Below are positions 57,856 to 64,000 of a stretch of DNA of 64,000 nt, one piece after another (the first letter of the stretch is position 1; each line of letters opens with the position of its first letter). The notes below the pieces were generated by a model. That model did not search any database and was not told where the DNA came from. It saw nothing but the letters and a program-made list of their open reading frames with translations. The translations under genes and the position numbers were made by a program. The DNA is from Monocercomonoides exilis PA203. Its lineage: Eukaryota > Protista > Preaxostyla. The stretch is from contig LSRY02000028.1 of the NCBI GenBank assembly GCA_001643675.2, positions 868,001 to 932,000 of the forward strand, read 5' to 3'.

Positions 57856-60800
57856 TTAAATATCGAAAATATCTGTTTTCGTAACTGTTGGACCTTCGCT
57901 TGATGAAAATTTTTCATTTTTTGATTCATCAAACAAGGTTGAATTAACATCAGGTAACTCACCATTCGATTCTTCTTTTTGTTGCTTTTGTAATTTCTTC
58001 TTCTTCTTCTTCTTCTTTTTCTTCAATTTGTCCGGAATTATATTTTCATTCACAAGAAACTCTTCTGGAGAATTAATGGCATTCTCCTTTGTTTGCTCCT
58101 TATCAGATTTGATATCGGTAAAATTATGTGCATTTAATGCTTCCGAATCTCCATCTTTGGGCTTTTCCACTGAACAGTTTTGATCAGACGATGATTTATC
58201 ATGCACTGCATTCAGAGCTGAAAATTGATCAGTTTCTTTCTGTTCCTGCTCTTCGATATTGTTATTCACATGAATTGCAGGATCCCCTGATTGTTCAGAA
58301 GTGCTTTTTTCAACTTTCTTTTTCTTTTTCTTCTTTCGAAGACGCTCTTGTTTGCGCTCTCCATCTGCAACTGGAGGATTTTCAGATTCCATATTGCAAC
58401 ATCTTGTATTTACTTCACCCTGCCCAGATTGGGCTGAATCTACAGGATTATCTGGAGTTGTTTGTTTAAATGATGCACTCAGAGTATTAACAGAAACAGT
58501 ATCATCAAGAATCGTATCTGTTCTGATGATGTTTTTTGTATTTTCTGATAAATTGTTGCATTGTTTCAATTCAGAATCTTCAGTAGCTTTGTCGTCATCT
58601 CCAAATAAAGAGAAAGGAGTGCTCGATGCTGAAGAAGATGCATGATAATATTCAGGAGATTTAAAATTAACCGATTCGATGTTATCAGATCCATTATTTT
58701 TTTCTACCATTGCAACTGTATTTTTCAAAAGGATTCCTTCACATCCCGTCTCTTCTTTTTCATTTTCTGGTTGCACATCATTCAATTTTGCTCCCCTTCT
58801 ATGCGTTCCTTTCTTTCCTTTCTTTTTCCTTTTTCTTTGCGAAGGATTTGCCATTTGTTCAGAATCCCGTTTCAAGTCAATATTCTCATGAGATGCAAAT
58901 GCAGGACAAGCGGCACTAATCTCAGTTAATACATCTTGAGAATCGCCCGTTATTTCATTTTTCGGCAGAGCATTACGCATCATTGAAGTCATTAAAAGCT
59001 TGCTCATTATATCTTCTTTTAATTCATCAGAAAAAGAATCATTCTCAGCTACACTGAAATTTTTAGACATGAAGCCGTTATTTGACTGAGATAGATCCAA
59101 ACTTTGTGCAACTGAGTTATTTTCATTTGCCAGAAGCGCTGCTGTTGAAGAAACAGACAACAAATCTGTTGAGCCCTGTTTAAACGAGAGATTATCTGTA
59201 TTTTGCCCATTTGGATAAAGTGATTCAAAAGATTCAAGAAAGCTGGAATTACCTGATATATCAGCTGACGAGCATTCATTGTATTCTTCATTTGGTGAAT
59301 CGTTAGCCAATCCAGGAGTATTCTCAAATGGATTTGTTGATGCGGGCGACGAATTGTTAAGTTGTTTCTTATTAATACCATCTCCATCAACATTTGAAAC
59401 CTTCGATGATTGAATAACGATCGACGAATTATCCCGTTTTGATATCGTCTTATTAACAGGATTTATTGCTATCCCTTGTTTGTCGTTTTCGTTCATGCCC
59501 GTCAATCCCTTTTCTTCACATTCTTCATTAATATCTCTAATTTCGATTCCTTTCCATTTATTTGAGCGCTTTTTCTTAACAATTACAATAACAGCAATAA
59601 TCACAGCGATAATCAAAACTCCAACAATAATAAGTATAATCCACCAAGGAAATGCTTTTGCTGATGATTTGGAAGTATCATTAGGTTGTTCAATAACATC
59701 TTGCAAAAGTACAGGTTCCGTTTTAATAACACGAACACCGTTTGAATGTTTTTTAGAAAGAGCGTTCTCTTTCAATGAAAGAACTGCTCGAACCCAAATT
59801 TGAATATTTGTTAAGTCAAATGCAGACTGAAGCTGAGATTTTGATGTCTCGATTGCATTCTCATCCTGGTTGATATACGTGCATGTTACAAAGGATAAAG
59901 AAATTTCTTGCATTCTTGCATTTTCATCAGATACATTTAAGGAAAACAATTCATATGAAACGAGACACGGCAGAAGGTTATTTCCTTTGAAATGGATAAT
60001 TGTTTTATCATCCTCATCAATTCTCATTGTTGTCAAGACGTGAGGCCTGCAAAAAAGATAAGTTTTTTGAGGAAATTCTTTCAATGTCTCTTCAGATAAA
60101 TCACCGCTTTCTTCAGAACTCCAATTCAGTGAACTGTTTATTGAACAGCCACTATTCTGAATCCACATTTCGAGATATTCACCATCGAGAAGAAGATTTG
60201 GATCTTTGATTCCAGATTCGTCGGAATATGAATCAAATGAAAGTGCACCCGAATCACACAGAATGTTCCTCCGAACAGAAGTGTACCCTACAGAGTTTAT
60301 TGCATTGTTTATAAATTCACACTCAATCAGGTTAGCATACCCTCCAATAATAATCAACGCTCCAGCCGATGAATTCTTAAATGTCACGAAATTTATAGTT
60401 GAGATGCAGTTTTTTAGTGTTACAAGCGATCCCTCAAACCTGCAGCTGAAATGCTCTTGATTTTCTTTGTTATTGATTGAACTAATCCTATCACTGACAC
60501 AAGATATTGAGCAATTATATAACTTCATAATACTATCCGTAGCACTTAGTATTTCTTCATTTTCTGAAAGAATGAAACATGAACATAAATTCGAATTGTT
60601 AATAGAGATATCCACTGAATCTAAATTTATCAACGATCCAACTCCCGTATGCGTAACATTGCAAAAATTTAAATTTCGAACAATAACAGACGCCTTTTCT
60701 GAAGTGGCTGTTCGAAAACTGTTGACAACAGAAGTTGAAGAAAATACAATGTTTTTGAAAGAAATATTTGAAACTTCGAATGCTATTTGCTCGTTATCTT

Positions 60801-63800
60801 GAAATATAAAATTTCGTGAATATTTTGATGCATTAAGTTTTAAATCTTCATTGAACGATTCGACTGGCGTAATATCATCAATTATTTGCAGCATGTCTCC
60901 ATTTACGATACTCACTCCATCAATAGAAACATCTTCCACTTTCATCGAAGATAGCACATGGGAAATCACAAACAAAACTGCTTCAGAACGAACAACTTCT
61001 CCGCAACCATACAGTTGAATGCATTTAACAATCAATTCTCCTTTAATTTTTGCCAGTATTCCAATGTCTTTTGAGTTGTTATTTATTCTGAAGTCACATT
61101 CTCGAATCTTCAAGAATCCGTCAGTTGAGCGAATCACGCAAACATAGCCCACTTTCTCGAGATCAAAAAGAAATCCCCCGATTGTAATGTTTCCAGAAGA
61201 AGAAAACAATGAGTCGAGTCTTTCCTCGCCAGTTGGTGCTGAATATCCAATAGTTACTGGAACAGGATAAGAGTCGCTGCTGCCAACGCTGCAAAAGCCA
61301 TGAAGTCCTCGATTCTCAAGTTCCCCAACAAAAATAATTTTTGATGTTATTGAATACGATGAATCAACATACAGTATTGCGGATGAGGCATCTTTCTCAA
61401 ATTTATTTCTAATGAATTCATTGGATTTGCAAGGAAACGTTTTCGAACCGCATAAAAATGAATCTTCCCCATGCTCAAGAGACAAATAGATAGAGTCTCC
61501 ATGATATGTCCAATAAGTGAACAAATTGATAGGCTCATCATCGTTCTGATATCTCGTTCCAAAATATAGCAAGCATTCATCAATATTGATTGTGGGAAGA
61601 TAAAAATCAAACTGATTCAATGGAGCAACGAATTCAAGATCATCACATTCCACAAAAATGTTTTTTCCTACTTGAGCGTTACAAAATTCAAATGAAAGAT
61701 CTTTCAATTGAAATCTATTCGTTTCATTTTCAATCACCTTCATGAAAAAAGCGCCTCCTCTTCCATTTAATTCAGATGCTGAACAATTATCAAATGAACA
61801 ATCACCAATTTTACAAAAGCCATTCGAATATATTTTTGAGTAAAATCCGCCTCCGTTTGTGTTGTCGTTGATTAGATTGTCATTCAAAAAGGTGCAATTA
61901 GAAATAAATGTTTTCTCATTTTCTTTTGTTACAATAATTCCTAAAGTTCCATTCGATACTGTTGATGTGACGTTGATGAAGCTGCAGTTATCAAAAGAAA
62001 CCAGAACACTCACATCATTCATTTTATTCATTGCAGAAAATTGTCTAACAAATGTGACGCCTTCGAATAGAACAAAAGGTGTGATGGCAAAATGCAAATC
62101 AATAAATGAACAATTTGCCAAAGTAACAAATCCAGATAATACAGTCATTAGCGAACAATTTAGAAATGCGCTTCCTCCTTCAATCGCAAAATTGATTGTA
62201 TACAATCCAGTACTTTGTGAACTATTTTCTGATAAAATGATTGAAACAATGGAATTTGGTAGTTGTCCAGAAATAATGAATCGTAGTCTTGATAATTTTA
62301 TTGTTTTGTAATTTATCATAACACATCCGACAGCATTTGAGAAAGATGATGGAACAATAATATTTGCTGTTGATGAATCGTAAGATCTCAGTTCGTATCC
62401 ACTTAATTCTTCTTTAGAACGCAAAGTCAAATTTGAACAAACACATATTGTGAACGAGTTCACACTTAGATGTAATTTCCCATAGAATAAAGACTCACAA
62501 GGCTCGTTAATTGATCCACACCTCGAGACATCGATCCCTTCATCAGAAATAAATGTGCTGTTTGATGAATATACAATCAGAAATCGAAGCAGATCAAAAT
62601 TCATAATCCTTTCATCATTTGTGTCATTACCCACAAACGCATTTTCAACATTTGCAAAAGTATCAAAATCAAAATCAAAATTTCTTAAGCAAATTGTTCC
62701 ATTGAGATCTTTGCCAATCATAAATAAAAATTTGGCTTTATATGCTGAGCAGTTAATGAACAGAATATTCCTCAAGCTCAGTTCAATAGGCGAATGATAA
62801 TTCAAATAAATAGCTCCTCCATAAGAAGTATTCCCTTCTGCAGAGTCATTCGTAAAATTAACATTATTTAGAACAATATTAGAAAGTTCCTCGGAAATTT
62901 CTTCCATGAAAATACAAGAACCGTTTCCTTGCAGCGAGCGAATAGCGTTAAATGCGCAATTAGTGACATTCATGCCAGAATTGCATCCTTTCACAATGCT
63001 ATCGCTGGAAAATTGTAATTTCTCAAATTGTGAATCACCCATAGCAAGCGAAGCACTGCTTGAATTGATATTAAACAAAGAAGATGACGGAAAACTCAGC
63101 AAAAATGCAGAAAAATTGCAAATGAAAATTTTTCCTCCACAGATTCGTGCAAATCCATATCCAATTTCTGTTTCGGTGCTTTGTATCCCACACTTGTTAA
63201 AATTGAGATTGTCTGAATCAACTCGAAATAAAGATCCTCGACCATTTAACGTTCTGGATAAATTAAACATTATATTATTGAAATATGAAGACGCTTTTGT
63301 AATCATCAGCTCATCTTGGACAAGTTCGATTGGTGATATAATAGCAAATCCATTTGAGGAAATGCAGGATGAAGAACTAATTCTCCATTCCTGATCATCA
63401 AAAACGAATTCTTCATCAAAAGCAAAAGGCTGAGAAATTAACAAAACGCGAGGCTGTGAACCAAATCGAGATTCTGACGAAATGTTCAATGAACGACATG
63501 GATAATTCATAAATCCACAAGCAGAGAAATCAGCACCTTCTGTCCCATTAATGAAAATTGGTAATGATAAATTTTTCAAATAAAGATCAAGTGGAATCAA
63601 TAAATTTACTCCTGCTGTTTCTCTTTCAATTCCAGAATATGAAAATCTCTCTTCTTCATTTATAGACAAAGCAAAAGAAAACTTATTAACAGCTCTAAAT
63701 AAATTGTTGGAATTCACAAACACGTTCTTCCCTGCATCGGCTCCGCATTCTTCAAACATCACTTCTTTCAGAAAGAAATCGGAAGCATTTCCAACTAACA

Positions 63801-64000
63801 ATAAACACAGGCCACCTCCGCAACCACCATTTCCTTCTTCGCTCCTTATTGAAGTACAGTTCTTCAACCCTGTTGCTCCATTTCTATAACTTTTAGAATC
63901 TTCTTCGTTTTTTGTCTTGACGTTAGACACGTTTCCAATGCTGAACCATGATCCTTCCTTCATCTCAACGCACATTCCTCCTCCATTTCTGCCAATGCAT
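57856..64000 (-). CDS. Large single-pass surface protein with repeated beta-helix-like GG(A/G) motifs and CGxxxxPC modules; low-complexity cytoplasmic tail; 5'-partial
   Basis: The frame is open to the window end. Three modules: GADFSACGFMNYPCRS, GIDVSRCGSINEPCES, GEDSFLCGSKTFPCKS. GGAIYL/GGGFYS/GGAFFM..C.A..GKN.FV repeats, a transmembrane segment WWIILIIVGVLIIAVIIAVIVIV followed by KKKR, and a poly-Lys tail. Confidence 0.85.
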   Translation of the reverse strand, partial: CIGRNGGGMCVEMKEGSWFSIGNVSNVKTKNEEDSKSYRNGATGLKNCTSIRSEEGNGGCGGGLCLLLVGNASDFFLKEVMFEECGADAGKNVFVNSNNLFRAVNKFSFALSINEEERFSYSGIERETAGVNLLIPLDLYLKNLSLPIFINGTEGADFSACGFMNYPCRSLNISSESRFGSQPRVLLISQPFAFDEEFVFDDQEWRISSSSCISSNGFAIISPIELVQDELMITKASSYFNNIMFNLSRTLNGRGSLFRVDSDNLNFNKCGIQSTETEIGYGFARICGGKIFICNFSAFLLSFPSSSLFNINSSSASLAMGDSQFEKLQFSSDSIVKGCNSGMNVTNCAFNAIRSLQGNGSCIFMEEISEELSNIVLNNVNFTNDSAEGNTSYGGAIYLNYHSPIELSLRNILFINCSAYKAKFLFMIGKDLNGTICLRNFDFDFDTFANVENAFVGNDTNDERIMNFDLLRFLIVYSSNSTFISDEGIDVSRCGSINEPCESLFYGKLHLSVNSFTICVCSNLTLRSKEELSGYELRSYDSSTANIIVPSSFSNAVGCVMINYKTIKLSRLRFIISGQLPNSIVSIILSENSSQSTGLYTINFAIEGGSAFLNCSLMTVLSGFVTLANCSFIDLHFAITPFVLFEGVTFVRQFSAMNKMNDVSVLVSFDNCSFINVTSTVSNGTLGIIVTKENEKTFISNCTFLNDNLINDNTNGGGFYSKIYSNGFCKIGDCSFDNCSASELNGRGGAFFMKVIENETNRFQLKDLSFEFCNAQVGKNIFVECDDLEFVAPLNQFDFYLPTINIDECLLYFGTRYQNDDEPINLFTYWTYHGDSIYLSLEHGEDSFLCGSKTFPCKSNEFIRNKFEKDASSAILYVDSSYSITSKIIFVGELENRGLHGFCSVGSSDSYPVPVTIGYSAPTGEERLDSLFSSSGNITIGGFLFDLEKVGYVCVIRSTDGFLKIRECDFRINNNSKDIGILAKIKGELIVKCIQLYGCGEVVRSEAVLFVISHVLSSMKVEDVSIDGVSIVNGDMLQIIDDITPVESFNEDLKLNASKYSRNFIFQDNEQIAFEVSNISFKNIVFSSTSVVNSFRTATSEKASVIVRNLNFCNVTHTGVGSLINLDSVDISINNSNLCSCFILSENEEILSATDSIMKLYNCSISCVSDRISSINNKENQEHFSCRFEGSLVTLKNCISTINFVTFKNSSAGALIIIGGYANLIECEFINNAINSVGYTSVRRNILCDSGALSFDSYSDESGIKDPNLLLDGEYLEMWIQNSGCSINSSLNWSSEESGDLSEETLKEFPQKTYLFCRPHVLTTMRIDEDDKTIIHFKGNNLLPCLVSYELFSLNVSDENARMQEISLSFVTCTYINQDENAIETSKSQLQSAFDLTNIQIWVRAVLSLKENALSKKHSNGVRVIKTEPVLLQDVIEQPNDTSKSSAKAFPWWIILIIVGVLIIAVIIAVIVIVKKKRSNKWKGIEIRDINEECEEKGLTGMNENDKQGIAINPVNKTISKRDNSSIVIQSSKVSNVDGDGINKKQLNNSSPASTNPFENTPGLANDSPNEEYNECSSADISGNSSFLESFESLYPNGQNTDNLSFKQGSTDLLSVSSTAALLANENNSVAQSLDLSQSNNGFMSKNFSVAENDSFSDELKEDIMSKLLMTSMMRNALPKNEITGDSQDVLTEISAACPAFASHENIDLKRDSEQMANPSQRKRKKKGKKGTHRRGAKLNDVQPENEKEETGCEGILLKNTVAMVEKNNGSDNIESVNFKSPEYYHASSSASSTPFSLFGDDDKATEDSELKQCNNLSENTKNIIRTDTILDDTVSVNTLSASFKQTTPDNPVDSAQSGQGEVNTRCCNMESENPPVADGERKQERLRKKKKKKKVEKSTSEQSGDPAIHVNNNIEEQEQKETDQFSALNAVHDKSSSDQNCSVEKPKDGDSEALNAHNFTDIKSDKEQTKENAINSPEEFLVNENIIPDKLKKKKKKKKKKLQKQQKEESNGELPDVNSTLFDESKNEKFSSSEGPTVTKTDIFDI

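Overview
This 64 kb window is AT-rich, intron-containing eukaryotic DNA in the standard genetic code. The poly-Ser-rich proteins, short introns (about 45-250 nt) and a Cys/GG-repeat surface-protein family suggest an oxymonad (Monocercomonoides-like) protist; that assignment is inference. By hand-splicing I reconstruct 12 protein genes: a Cid1/TRF4-type nucleotidyltransferase (5'-partial), a MYST acetyltransferase, augmin subunit HAUS2, SYF2, a 3615-aa type I PKS/FAS, POLR3C, an unknown (possibly NOL11-like) protein, ATG4 with a ~1000-aa insert, an AUP1-like acyltransferase, a USP24/34-like deubiquitinase, a PH-CLU-TPR protein and a large single-pass surface protein (5'-partial). The standout is the intronless PKS. 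It has a highly reducing iterative module (KS-AT-DH-cMT-ER-KR-ACP) that ends not in a thioesterase or reductase but in a complete fungal-FAS-type malonyl/palmitoyl transferase (MPT) domain. This chimera of the two separate type I synthase lineages probably releases methyl-branched acyl-CoA. Other notable points are a MYST protein lacking its catalytic Glu, a probable pseudo-nucleotidyltransferase, three GC-AG introns, a CAGT-ended MITE and a ~1.7 kb foldback with a near-perfect 269-bp core. All homology calls come from motif recognition; no database search was run.
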